Sequence record: OP889247.1
Length of the DNA: 64,000 nt
Strand: one strand, 5' to 3'
Shown here: piece by piece, positions 35,408 to 46,000 of the stretch
Numbering within the stretch: position 1 is the first letter of the stretch
Layout of the letters: every line of letters begins with the position of its first letter
The notes under the pieces: generated by a model
What the model saw: the letters and a program-made list of their open reading frames with translations, nothing else
What the model was told of the DNA's origin: nothing
Databases searched by the model: none
Made by a program: the position numbers and the translations under genes

Positions 35408-36135
35408 TGGACATCCTCGTATACACTGATCTAGATAGCTTATTTGATACACGTCGTGGAATCCTTCACAAACTTGCTTTAGAATCTGGTAATGTTAACT
35501 TCAACTGGGATAGTCAATTCTCCCAAATCTACGCTAGGCGAAAGTACGATATCTTTAATCAGCCGGAACTTGGAATTACTCAAGAGAAGTTCGAAGAGAG
35601 GTTTGATAAAAGAACTCTTGATGATTTTGCTGACTCAAAGTGCGCTTATGTGCTTCCGAGTAAGCTTATCAATCATATGTTTAATATTGTACGCGAGTTG
35701 GAATTTGGTGTAGGTAAGATGTTGTCCATGAGCACATTCAATGTGACAGTTAACCTATACCCATTCGAGCTCAGTTTAGAAAGACAGAAAGCACTGGAAG
35801 ATACGTTACGTGGCGCTGTGAAGTTTAACATAGGTATTAACTTTGTTAATATTCCTTATGATGATCAACGTGCTAAGTATCTTAACAGTTTTCAATATGT
35901 CTTTAAGTATGATATCTTCTTGTCTAAACACATGAAGAATTATTGGTCAGATTACGGAACGTGCCAACCTAGCAACGTGAAGTTTATCGTACCTGATGTA
36001 TTAGCAAAACAAACAGAACTACCCGAAGGAATGGATGCTGAATCTCCCAGATCTCTCATCAGTAAGCTGAATATCTCCCTTGGCGGTAAAACGACCTTTG
36101 TAGCAATTGATAAGACTATCTACGACTATCGTTAG
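35407..36135 (+). CDS. conserved phiKZ-like hypothetical protein
   Basis: 242 aa, TAATG coupling; N-terminal YTDLDSLFDTR. Confidence 0.75.
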   Translation: MDILVYTDLDSLFDTRRGILHKLALESGNVNFNWDSQFSQIYARRKYDIFNQPELGITQEKFEERFDKRTLDDFADSKCAYVLPSKLINHMFNIVRELEFGVGKMLSMSTFNVTVNLYPFELSLERQKALEDTLRGAVKFNIGINFVNIPYDDQRAKYLNSFQYVFKYDIFLSKHMKNYWSDYGTCQPSNVKFIVPDVLAKQTELPEGMDAESPRSLISKLNISLGGKTTFVAIDKTIYDYR

Positions 36136-36148
36136 ATAACGGCAAATA

Positions 36149-36180
36149 CTCCTACTCTCCCTTAACTGGGAGAGTAGGAG
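36149..36180. terminator. hairpin at convergent junction
   Basis: CTCCTACTCTCCC-TTAACT-GGGAGAGTAGGAG. Confidence 0.75.
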
Positions 36181-36195
36181 ATTTATGTCTAGTAT

Positions 36196-36735
36196 TTATT
36201 CGTCAAAACTTTCTTCAATTTCTTTTGAATCTACAACAATCAAACCTTGAGCTAATTCCTCTGCTTTGATCATTGTTTCGGAATCCAATTGTGTGACAGG
36301 TTTTAGGGGATCTAAAATAATACCCATGTCGCCATAGTTGGGAATTACAAGTTTACCATTAGCTACTTCATTAAGAGCATTAACAAAAGCTGCAAAGGAA
36401 GTCTTGTTGTCTTCCATCTCTTTTGCCTTTTGAAGTTCCTTTCTGTTATCACGTACTGACTTCTCTAATTGACCGATCAGAGTGTTGATAGAATCAAGTA
36501 GTTTACAGTTAGATGGTTTACTAATGTAAGTTTGAGTGGCAATGTCCAACAGCAAAGTACGTTGCTTTTGAACTAAATTAATAAGCTCATTTTCTGTCTC
36601 GCTATTTTGATCTTTCTTCAAAATAGCATTAATGTTACTAATAAGGACATCCTTATCTTTCAACATTACATCGCTCTTAGTACCTTCTACTGGAGGAGGT
36701 AGGATTCCTGAATCCTCCATTTCATCATCGTACAT
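36196..36735 (-). CDS. hypothetical protein (coiled-coil)
   Basis: 179-aa ORF, GGAG SD on minus strand. Confidence 0.75.
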   Translation of the reverse strand: MYDDEMEDSGILPPPVEGTKSDVMLKDKDVLISNINAILKKDQNSETENELINLVQKQRTLLLDIATQTYISKPSNCKLLDSINTLIGQLEKSVRDNRKELQKAKEMEDNKTSFAAFVNALNEVANGKLVIPNYGDMGIILDPLKPVTQLDSETMIKAEELAQGLIVVDSKEIEESFDE

Positions 36736-36758
36736 AATTTACTCCAATTTTAGTCTTT

Positions 36759-36790
36759 CTATAATTTTTGAGATAGATATTATTCTCATG
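36759..36790 (+). promoter_or_regulatory. phage promoter motif (GAGATAG variant)
   Basis: CTATAATTTTTGAGATAGATATTATTCTCATG. Confidence 0.7.
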
Positions 36791-36839
36791 GTAAACACAT
36801 GAGAAGTTTTCTACTAATGAGAATAAGGATACATTACTC

Positions 36840-37388
36840 ATGTTCTTTAAGAAGTTGCTTGCTAAGATACCATTTATTCGTAAAAGAATGATTAAGTCAA
36901 TTAGAACTAAACTAACTGAGATCTTAGAAGACTTTGATTCTGGAGCATTTAACGATATCTACGTTAAAGCTTTACAAAGCATTCTAAAATCGCCTGTAAT
37001 CGATTTTAACGAAGAGTTGGTACTTGGTTCAATCAATCCCATTAAGACGTTTAGCAATAGCTCAGCGGCTCTTGTATTAAGTATAGAGAAGAAGGAAGTA
37101 AAGAAGTCAGTAATGATGAAGAATGGGTCAGTGGCTTTAACCCAGAATACCAGATCGTTCTCTAGATGGTATTCAAATAAAGAAAGTATAGAAACGTTTG
37201 TTGGTGTACTTAGCGTATACTTAGAAAAACAAGTTATGCTAATGGAACCAGTTCTTGTCAACGGAGATAAAGTAGTCGAAGTTGTTATGACACCAGATGA
37301 GGATGAATTCCTTGATAGTCTATTGTATAGACTAGCTCTGGTTGATCTAGTTAACATCATCGACTTCTACCTAGAGAGACAGGTATGA
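36840..37388 (+). CDS. hypothetical protein
   Basis: 182-aa ORF, AAGGA SD. Confidence 0.75.
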   Translation: MFFKKLLAKIPFIRKRMIKSIRTKLTEILEDFDSGAFNDIYVKALQSILKSPVIDFNEELVLGSINPIKTFSNSSAALVLSIEKKEVKKSVMMKNGSVALTQNTRSFSRWYSNKESIETFVGVLSVYLEKQVMLMEPVLVNGDKVVEVVMTPDEDEFLDSLLYRLALVDLVNIIDFYLERQV

Positions 37389-37807
37389 ATGACCAAAAGA
37401 AAACAAAAACAGTTCCCTTTGGAAAGAATAAAAACTACGTTCCAAAAGAGCAACTAACTGATACCCCGAGTCGAATGTTTAGAGATATCATGGATGTCAT
37501 GGGAGTCAACGCAGCTAAGTGGAAATCCTACATGGATGAATACTTGCGTTGGATCCACCCAGATGACTCCGGTACACCATTAGAGGTTAAGAAAGCCAGA
37601 GGTACTTCCTTAGGTAATGCGCAGAGTGCTTACTTTTGTAGTCGTACTTTGAGTTTTAACAAACTCATTACAGGTTTAAAGATTCTTAAACTCAAACGTG
37701 TAACTTTCAAGATAGAGTGTGAAACAGAATCAGGAGAAATCTTCGATGTTTCTGAAACTACTATTCTGAGACGTTCGCGTTCAGATGTTATTGATGATAA
37801 AGACTAA
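37385..37807 (+). CDS. hypothetical protein
   Basis: 140 aa, ATGA overlap. Confidence 0.75.
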   Translation: MNDQKKTKTVPFGKNKNYVPKEQLTDTPSRMFRDIMDVMGVNAAKWKSYMDEYLRWIHPDDSGTPLEVKKARGTSLGNAQSAYFCSRTLSFNKLITGLKILKLKRVTFKIECETESGEIFDVSETTILRRSRSDVIDDKD

Positions 37808-37817
37808 TTAGAGTAGT

Positions 37818-37843
37818 TCGATACCTCCAACTGGAGGTATCGA
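37818..37843 (+). terminator. intergenic hairpin
   Basis: TCGATACCTCCA-AC-TGGAGGTATCGA. Confidence 0.6.
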
Positions 37844-37880
37844 CGCTATTCATACTTATTTTATTTTTTAAGGGTTTATT

Positions 37881-38996
37881 ATGAACTTACTTCAAAACAA
37901 TAATCTATTCAAAGGTGTCGATTTAGATAACCCTTTGCAAGCTGCTTCTAAATCAATCTCTGATGCAATGAGTGGGTTTAGTGACCAGTTAATTAACCCA
38001 ATGAAGAATATAACAGAATCTGTTAGTTCTGGGGTTGCACTGGTTGGTGAAAAAGACTCTATGCTCACCAAAGCACTTACTACCTTTAAATCGATTAACA
38101 TCGAAAAGATTCAATCTGGTGTAACTGACTTAGTGGGAGGGATTCTTAACTCTCCTGATTTAGGTTCTATTCTCTCTTATGAAGATGGATTCAAAGTAGA
38201 CACTGATCAGTTAATGAGGATCGCTTCTCAAGGTCTTGGTTACAGTATCAACGGTATTGCCGATATTAAGAATCAATTAGGTTCTAGTTTCCTAGATGAG
38301 CTAAACTCCATGACAGGTGGATTAGCTTCTGGCCTTTATTTCGATGATGGGATGAAACTTCGGATTAACGATGGCTGGGAAATGGGTGCTATTGATACGC
38401 TCACTGCTTTCCTTGGTAAGAACAATCCAGCATTCGCTAAGATCCAAAGTTTAGCTGGAGTTAACTCTATCCTCAATACCATGTTGAAACAGGCTGCTCA
38501 AAACGGCATGTATCAAAGTTTTGAAGATTTCAGTAATCAATATTTGTTCACTAGCGACTATGTTGATGCTATTATCAATTCACTAGAGTACTGTATTGGT
38601 AAAGGTGATATTCAATCAATTAACAAGATCTTTGAAATTATTAGTTCTGATGGATTACCAGTAGTAAGAGCTAAATATCCAGATCTAATTGAAAGGATGT
38701 TGGCTAACTTTACGTTTAGTTCTGAAACTAATCCTGAAGATTATCAAGAGCTCGGTATATTGCTTAAGAAGCTCTGTGAGATCGTTGGTGGTGAACACTG
38801 GTATCTTTACCAAACAGAGTTCGGAATGGCTGTAAACCTCGTTACAGTGGCTTTAATTAGCGATGATGTTAAACTGCTCCTTTCTGACTATCCTGAATAC
38901 TGTCCATTCCTATGTGCTTCTGGTATTTATCAGGAAGTAGATGCTAGGGAACACTTCTTATCACAATTCCCTAATGCAATAGCATTTGAAAACTAA
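37881..38996 (+). CDS. hypothetical protein, possibly virion/tail-associated
   Basis: 371 aa, S/G-rich helical N-terminus; function is inference from neighbourhood. Confidence 0.55.
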   Translation: MNLLQNNNLFKGVDLDNPLQAASKSISDAMSGFSDQLINPMKNITESVSSGVALVGEKDSMLTKALTTFKSINIEKIQSGVTDLVGGILNSPDLGSILSYEDGFKVDTDQLMRIASQGLGYSINGIADIKNQLGSSFLDELNSMTGGLASGLYFDDGMKLRINDGWEMGAIDTLTAFLGKNNPAFAKIQSLAGVNSILNTMLKQAAQNGMYQSFEDFSNQYLFTSDYVDAIINSLEYCIGKGDIQSINKIFEIISSDGLPVVRAKYPDLIERMLANFTFSSETNPEDYQELGILLKKLCEIVGGEHWYLYQTEFGMAVNLVTVALISDDVKLLLSDYPEYCPFLCASGIYQEVDAREHFLSQFPNAIAFEN

Positions 38997-39001
38997 TCTC
39001 T

Positions 39002-39031
39002 CCTTACCTAACCTTAATTGGTTAGGTAAGG
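39002..39031. terminator. hairpin of the TTAATT-loop family
   Basis: CCTTACCTAACC-TTAATT-GGTTAGGTAAGG. Confidence 0.7.
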
Positions 39032-39068
39032 TTTAACAGTATATTAAATTATTTTATTAAATAGATGG

Positions 39069-39161
39069 TATATTATATGTTACCATGGAAACCCCTGGAC
39101 GCCCGGGTAGGGCTTTGATTGTATATTAGCGGAACGTAGTGACTTCCTTTATTCTTTAATC
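39069..39161 (+). ncRNA. structured non-coding element, copy B (ncRNA or ssDNA signal; function unknown)
   Basis: Near-duplicate of 3606-3706; upstream of HNH gene. Confidence 0.5.
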
Positions 39162-39228
39162 AGTAGTCTTTAAAGACAAGAAACTAAAGATAAAAGGAAA
39201 TAAGAAAGTAATAAGAATTCAAATATCA

Positions 39229-39262
39229 AACTCTACTTACCCTTAATTGGGTAAGTAGAGTT
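39229..39262. terminator. hairpin of the TTAATT-loop family, stem nearly identical to 353-386
   Basis: AACTCTACTTACCC-TTAATT-GGGTAAGTAGAGTT. Confidence 0.65.
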
Positions 39263-39317
39263 ACTACAGGTATATTATGTGAAAGTTTGGAACTATTCCG
39301 TTGTCTTGAGGTTACTC

Positions 39318-40685
39318 ATGAATAAACAGTTTTTAACGTTAGATAAACACCCACTTCGTCACGTGCTAATAAAATCTCTTCCGAAGAAACTAGAGTCTAT
39401 AAAGAAAGAATTTTACGACTCGGTTGAAACAGAAGAAAAGTTTATTGCTAGGTTTAAAACCTATTTTAACCACAAACAAAATACAGACATAACCAACCTA
39501 ACTTTATACGATAAAATTTTACTGTATAAGGCCGATCACCCTGATTATGTTTTTTGGACACCGTTAAAGCTAATTCGTAATGGCAACGAGGAAGAAGTTA
39601 AGGTATACGATAGTTACAGCATTAGCACCAATGGGGAAATTTACTCTCATTTAAACCAACTTATAATGAAGGTAAGAACTAAGAAAACTGGTTATAAAGA
39701 ATTATGCATTAAAATACTAACCAGGTCTGTTTTTATTTCACATCACCGTGCAATGATGTCAAGTTTTGGATTTGATATTAAACATCAACATAAATTAAAC
39801 ACATTAACGATAAATCATAAGAATGGTATAAAGATCTGTAATGACTTATCAAATTTAGAATGGATGACAACAGGTGATAACTCTAGAGATAGGTCTATAG
39901 TGATGGGTAAATTAGGTAAAAGATATGGGACTAGACCCATAAAGATTACCGCGTTAGAAGGTATAGAAGGTGTGGAACAAGGTACAGTCTTTTACTTAAG
40001 ACTCAGCACAGATGGGTATAAATACGGTTTAACCCCAGGAATAACCAATAAACCTTTAAACGGCACTGGTTCTTGTTATAATTGTAAACTTGAATACATA
40101 GACTACGAGGAATTACCAGAAGTCGTACAGGAATTACCACTGGAGTTATTATCGCATTTTGAAAAGAAAAGGGCGATGTTTAACGGGACGTTAAAATTAA
40201 AACTATTTCTAACTAAGGAGCTTTGTGGTTATAAAGCCGGAACCATATTTGTTGCCACTAAAGAAAAAATACTTAGTATGGGAGTAGGACACAGTTCTGT
40301 GGCTTCTGCTATCTCGGGAAGCAAAACCTTATTTGGATTTAAGTTTTCTTATCTAAACACTAATACCACTGTGGACTGGTTAGACCTTCCCGATTGCTTT
40401 AAGGAACATTTTGCTAAAGAAAATAAAAGAATGGATCTAATTAAAAGGAAATGGGCTTTAAGTTGCACAGTTGTGAAAGAGATAAACGGATATGAAATTG
40501 GTGAAACCTTTATAGAAACAGATTTGAAAAAACTATTAAGTCTTGGTGTAAGACCTAGTGTTATTTACGGTTCTAGCAAAAGAGGACAATGTTCAAATGG
40601 GTTAAGATTTAATAGAATATATTGTCCAACGCAAATTAATAACAAGCCAACAATACCTCTAGATTTATTAAAACTGATTTCATAG
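39318..40685 (+). mobile_element. free-standing HNH homing endonuclease with three C-terminal repeats
   Basis: SHHRAMMSSF...TINHKNGIKICNDLSNLEWMT...N (HNH_3-type); ATG 39318 after GAGG SD; ATA/AGA-rich codons unlike core genes. Confidence 0.85.
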
Positions 40686-40687
40686 TT

Positions 40688-40719
40688 ACTTATCTCCCTA
40701 GTACGCTAGGGAGATAAGT
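40688..40719. terminator. hairpin at convergent junction
   Basis: ACTTATCTCCCTAG-TACG-CTAGGGAGATAAGT. Confidence 0.75.
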
Positions 40720-40749
40720 ATGTTTATTAATGGTACGGTAACATCAATG

Positions 40750-42945
40750 TCATCGGTTCATTGGGCGACCTAGGAATACGCGAAACGCGTCCGCGGCGAC
40801 AGAACTGGATAATGAGTTCGCAATACTGGAAGCTTTGAACATGTTTTTCGTATCTGTGCTAAAACGAGTTAAACGTCTATTAAGATCTGCATAACGAAGA
40901 ACTGTATCAAGATAATCTACTCCAGCGGTTCTTGATATGAAGTCGTTGTACTTACCTCTATCACCTAGATAACGACTAGATTGAGCTGCCATGTTAGCTA
41001 GATCCAATGGATTAGTTACACGACTAATTGGCACAGAGAGAATCGGTTCGAAATCTGCTACGTCGATTGTGACACGACAGTTACGAGGTTTCATGTCTGT
41101 AGTCCAGCCAAGAGGACCTTCTCCAAATGAAAGACTGGCGTTTCTAACCATTCCCATTCGGATAATTGATTTCCCGCGTTGGAAACATTTAATCATGAAT
41201 GGTGAACCGTAAGTCGATCCACCTGTACTAAACGGTACAATAAACGGTAGAATCAAAGACAGTGGGAGGAACACATTAGTAGCAATGGAGTAGGGGTGAG
41301 CATAAGGAGCTTCAAAGAACAAGCTAAAACTTTCAGTATGAAGGTTTGCAGTAGAGTCTTGCCAGTGTTCTGGGATTTCCACACGGCTATTACCAAGAAT
41401 ACTAAGTGGCACCGCACCCAATACTGAACCAGCAGCCACCCCAGCCACAGCTTGCTTAGTAGTTTCTATTAATCCATCGATTAACCCAATACCAGTAGCA
41501 CCACCTTGGATATTAAACTTGAAATCTGAAACAGCTTGGACTGTACTATTGAATGTGGAAGCTATAGCCGACTGTTGGAAGCTATTACTAAATGAATCTG
41601 ATACAGGTCCAGTACCTTCTACTCTGAATGTAACACCATCCATACCACCGTAGAGTTGATCCATTAATACAGAACCGATTTCAGTTAACCAGCCACCTTC
41701 GTCAATACCTGAGTCATCAGTGATAGTGGGGACATTACCTTCTAGTTGCGGAGGATTGGAACTTGCAGCACTAGAACTGTTGTTGTCCAATCCAACACTT
41801 TCGTTGTTAAGTGCGTTTACTCGTGCTCTAATATCATTAAGTGGATTTTCAGATATACCGCTAGAAACAGAAAGAGCTGGATTAGAAGGTTTGATCTTAG
41901 AGTAAGCTTCTGGATCGGTATAAGCTGAAGCTACTTCAGGGTAAGCTATTTCATCTTCCCCTCTAGAAGCCGCTACACTACGTAATTCAGCATCCAAATA
42001 CTCTTTAGTGCCTTTACCTTCAGCTCTGGTTCCTCTTCCGTTAACGAAGTTACCGTCACGAATAAGCTGATCTAGAATCTGTTCAATAGCTTGATCTTTT
42101 TCTTCAACCGTCCTAATCCCGGTATTCTTATCAAGGTCTTTTACTTTAGACAAGAAATGACGATACTTACGAACACCACGTAGACTTAATCTAGTAATGT
42201 CAATTGTACCATCTTCGTTAATAGCGTCTGGGAATAAGGAGTTCATATACGCAAAGTTATTACGCATAGCAGAACTATTGGTTTCGTATCCCCTATTACC
42301 AGCTTTAGCGCGATCACCGGCTCTTACGTCTAAGGTATTACCTTGTTTCGGTAATACAGTAAGAGTGTAACCTGCGTTTACCATTAAGTCGTTGAAGATC
42401 CCTTGAGCAGCGGTAAAGTACATCCCCATTGCTGGCTTACCGTAATACCACTTGTTCTTAGGTTCGTTCATCAGGTATTCAAAGAAGTTGTAACTAGTGG
42501 CTAGGATCTGGGCTGGCCAGAATGCAATAGCACCAGCAGCTTGACCTATATAGAACGCCCAAGAAGGAGCACGTCCTTTAGTTACCATTACAGAAGCAGA
42601 ATAATCGAACATGTTCAAAAGGAATGTCAAGAGCCCTGTAAACTCTGGTACACAAGCCGTAAATGTAGCAGTTTGCGCATTATCGTGATGAATACGTTTA
42701 TAAAACCTTCCCATATTTCCCATCCGGTTTTCCATTATCGGTTTAGGATAAGGATCGGTATTTAAACCATAACCAGGTAGGGGATTAATGTATCGGTTAT
42801 CTCCAATAGCGGTGGAGAAGAAACTGGTATAAAGATCGTAGTCAGATCTGATAAGCACTTCTTCTGGATTACGAATACCGTCACTCATTAAACGAAATGA
42901 ACGAGATATCACGTTATCGTCTTTATAAGGAAGCTTGACGCTCAT
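40750..42945 (-). CDS. tail/baseplate structural protein (phiKZ gp182-like)
   Basis: 731 aa directly downstream of tape measure; tail-tube-like beta C-terminus (FSLFFEAPY...GMVRNASLSFGEG..GWT); synteny. Confidence 0.65.
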   Translation of the reverse strand: MSVKLPYKDDNVISRSFRLMSDGIRNPEEVLIRSDYDLYTSFFSTAIGDNRYINPLPGYGLNTDPYPKPIMENRMGNMGRFYKRIHHDNAQTATFTACVPEFTGLLTFLLNMFDYSASVMVTKGRAPSWAFYIGQAAGAIAFWPAQILATSYNFFEYLMNEPKNKWYYGKPAMGMYFTAAQGIFNDLMVNAGYTLTVLPKQGNTLDVRAGDRAKAGNRGYETNSSAMRNNFAYMNSLFPDAINEDGTIDITRLSLRGVRKYRHFLSKVKDLDKNTGIRTVEEKDQAIEQILDQLIRDGNFVNGRGTRAEGKGTKEYLDAELRSVAASRGEDEIAYPEVASAYTDPEAYSKIKPSNPALSVSSGISENPLNDIRARVNALNNESVGLDNNSSSAASSNPPQLEGNVPTITDDSGIDEGGWLTEIGSVLMDQLYGGMDGVTFRVEGTGPVSDSFSNSFQQSAIASTFNSTVQAVSDFKFNIQGGATGIGLIDGLIETTKQAVAGVAAGSVLGAVPLSILGNSRVEIPEHWQDSTANLHTESFSLFFEAPYAHPYSIATNVFLPLSLILPFIVPFSTGGSTYGSPFMIKCFQRGKSIIRMGMVRNASLSFGEGPLGWTTDMKPRNCRVTIDVADFEPILSVPISRVTNPLDLANMAAQSSRYLGDRGKYNDFISRTAGVDYLDTVLRYADLNRRLTRFSTDTKNMFKASSIANSLSSSVAADAFRVFLGRPMNR

Positions 42946-42969
42946 CTTGTTACCTCTAAAAGAAAAAGG

Positions 42970-42995
42970 GAGTAGGAGGTTTGACCCTCCTACTC
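42970..42995 (-). terminator. terminator after tape-measure gene (minus strand)
   Basis: GAGTAGGAGG/CCTCCTACTC stem with adjacent AAAAA (U-tract on minus strand). Confidence 0.65.
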
Positions 42996-43002
42996 AGTTT
43001 TA

Positions 43003-46000
43003 TTAATTCATCCTCACCCCACTTTGTTGTTTAGCGAGACGATTGATACCTTCATTCAGAGTATCAACGGATGTGATCAACCTAGCCATTGCAGCTGTGT
43101 TGGCTTCATCGTTAACAGCCAGAGGTCCATCAGGTAACTTGAGTTCTACCGGAACTTCTTTGGTAGGTGTCTTCATTACACTAGACGGATTAACAGCAGG
43201 AGTATTAGTTGCTGTATTAGCTGGTTGTTGCGGAGCAGCAATACTCGGTGGAGGAGTAGGTGCTTTAGGTTTACTAGCAGGAGAAGCTGTAGGAGTACTA
43301 GTTGGTGAAACAGGTTTATTAGAAACCTTAGAAGTATCTGCTGCGTTCATCAAACTGTTGATGTCTTTCTTAGCATCTGGATTAACAGCTTTGTTACCGT
43401 CAATGTGATCAGGTGGAACATTACTATCTGGAACAGAAGGTAACTGTGCTTGTTCATTACTAATTTGAACAGCACCTTGTTCACCAGTATCAGGTACAGA
43501 GATATCACCACGGTTAAGACGATCCAGGTACTCTTGATAGTATTGTCTACGTTCATCAGAACCAGGAACAGGATTACCACCATTGATACCGCGCATAGCG
43601 GTTTCAAAATCACCTGTCTGGGCAATAGAACGCATCGCTTTACTATTAAGTAAGAATCGTACAGCAGACTCAGCCATTACATTAGGATCTTCAGACACGA
43701 TACGTGGATTAGATACAACATCAATCCCAGTCTCTTGTTTGAATTTCTCGTAGTTAGCTTTACCTGTTAACTGGAATAGTCCTCTACCACGATATAACCA
43801 ACCATCTTCCGGTTTAGTGTTACCAAGTGTTGGACCTTTAGGAGCTCTGCCATAAACATACATAGCACGTTCAGCAGGGGACAAAGCAGCAACTTTCTCA
43901 GCAGTAGCCATATCAGGAATATTTCTAAAGTACTTCTTCAAAGTAGGAGCAGACCAGTTGGTATTCTCTACTGTAGCTGAATAGTTACCGGTTTCCTTCT
44001 TAGCCATCGCCAGTGCAAGTGCCAACATCTTCTTATCAGTTACACCTGCTTTTAACAAGTGGTTTAATAAGAGTTGTTCACCTTGTGCAGGATCCATCTT
44101 GATCCCTTTATCATCACCTGCTAACTTCTGGAACTCTGGATTAAAGGTATCTGACCAACCAAGGTTAACATTACCACCTTGCAAGTTGTAGTTAGTACCG
44201 TATCCAAGACCATTGTTATTACGACCATCAGCAGTAAATGAATTACCAGTACCACCACCGTAAATACCAACATTACCAGCGGAGACATTACGGTTCTTAC
44301 CATACACTTTATCAAACAGTGCATTGGTATTAGCCTGAACTTGACTATAGTTGACCTTACTTCCACTTAATTTCTCATCGTAAGTAAGTGAACGTTCATC
44401 TTCTAACTCAGGTTCTTTCAATCTTGCTTTAGTAGCTTTAGCATCCAAAGACTTAAGATACTTCTCAACTCTATCAGGCCAGCTACCAGAATTGGAATTT
44501 TCAAATGGTGAAACTTTTACATCCCACACTGATACTTCTTCTTGCTGATAGATAACTCGAGTTTCTGACAAGAATCTAGCCAACTTAGCTTTGTTAGTAT
44601 CAGAGAGTGATCTCCAACCTTGCTTAGGTAGTTGATTACGAAGACGTTTCATTTCCTTAACGTATTGTTGCAATACAGGTAAGAAACGATTCTGGAACCA
44701 CAGATGCCAGTTAGTCTCGCCGTTAGTTGTTTCAATTCTAAATTGCGCTTTAAACAGATTAAATACCCTAGTAGGATTACCACTAAAGACCGCTTCTGTT
44801 CCAAGCGTATTAATCAGATCTTCACAATAACGTTCCAGTCTAAGCACAGCATCAACTCGCCAAGGCATATTGTCGATGTTACCATAAACACCTAAACGAA
44901 CCATAGTAAAAGCATCGATTGCTGTATTAGCGTCTTTATGCAAATCAGAGATATCGATTTCTCTTACAGCTTGTGGTGTTTGGAACTTGCGATCAACTTC
45001 TTCCTGTGCAAGTTTATTAGCTCGATCTCCATAACTATTGCTAAACCACCCCGCCAGTCCATCTGGTGTCTTTTCGTTTAATACTCGGTTACGACGTTCT
45101 ACATCTGTTTCTAGTTTGAACTCTTCTTCAGGAGTAGGGTATTTCTTACGAAGTTCTGACAGTAAAGAACTAACCAAGTTCTCAGTCATCACTCGATTAA
45201 GTATACCTTCCCTCGGATCTATCTGTACTTGTACTTCATAAGGGAATGGATCCAAAGTACCCATAGAAGTTCTCACACGTTCACAGAGTAGTGTAACTTC
45301 ATAACTCTCTTTACGATCAAACTCGTTGATGTCACCGTGTCTACCGATAGATACTGCTACAGCGTATAGCAAAAACACAGGTTTGAAGCGAGCATTAAAC
45401 CAAGTGTGAACTTGATCAAACGGAACACTATCTCCACCTTTAGCAAACTGTTGTAGAATCTGAGCAACAGGAGCACTTTGAGAGAAACTTGCTCTGTTAT
45501 TAGCGATAGCCAAATGAGGAATTAACGCTTGTTCCAGCTTAGAAACACGTTTAGCCAAATTACCGTCAATACTCTTAATGCCGTACTGAGCATAACGAAT
45601 ACGACGTTGCAGTGAATCGGGAATCTCTTTAGCACTAACTCCACCAGTCCCATCAATGTAAGCTTGTGCTTCACGACGGTCAGTAAAGAAGGTTCCATCA
45701 GGAGCCCAGAATACACCCTTGTTCTCGATAAAATCAGTAGCAGCTTTTGGTAACAGGAATTCCTTAGCGGTTTTCAAGGCAAGTGTAGGTAAGAAGAAAT
45801 CAGAAGCTGTATCAACAACTTTCTCCATAGTAGTTAACTTTGGACCATTGTCATCTTTACCATCTTCATACACATCTCCATCAGTGGGTTCAGCTTCACT
45901 ACCAAAAGCATCAGCCGCGTACATACCGCCACCTACTACAGCACCAGTGCCTAGCAAAGCAGCCAACATCTTACCTCGACCACCCAACTTACTAAGCACT

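Noticed and set aside
39318-40685. HNH as IscB/OMEGA nuclease or as a group I intron ORF
   Set aside because: No PLMP or split RuvC motifs. The flanking genes have intact stops and converge, so no host gene appears interrupted.
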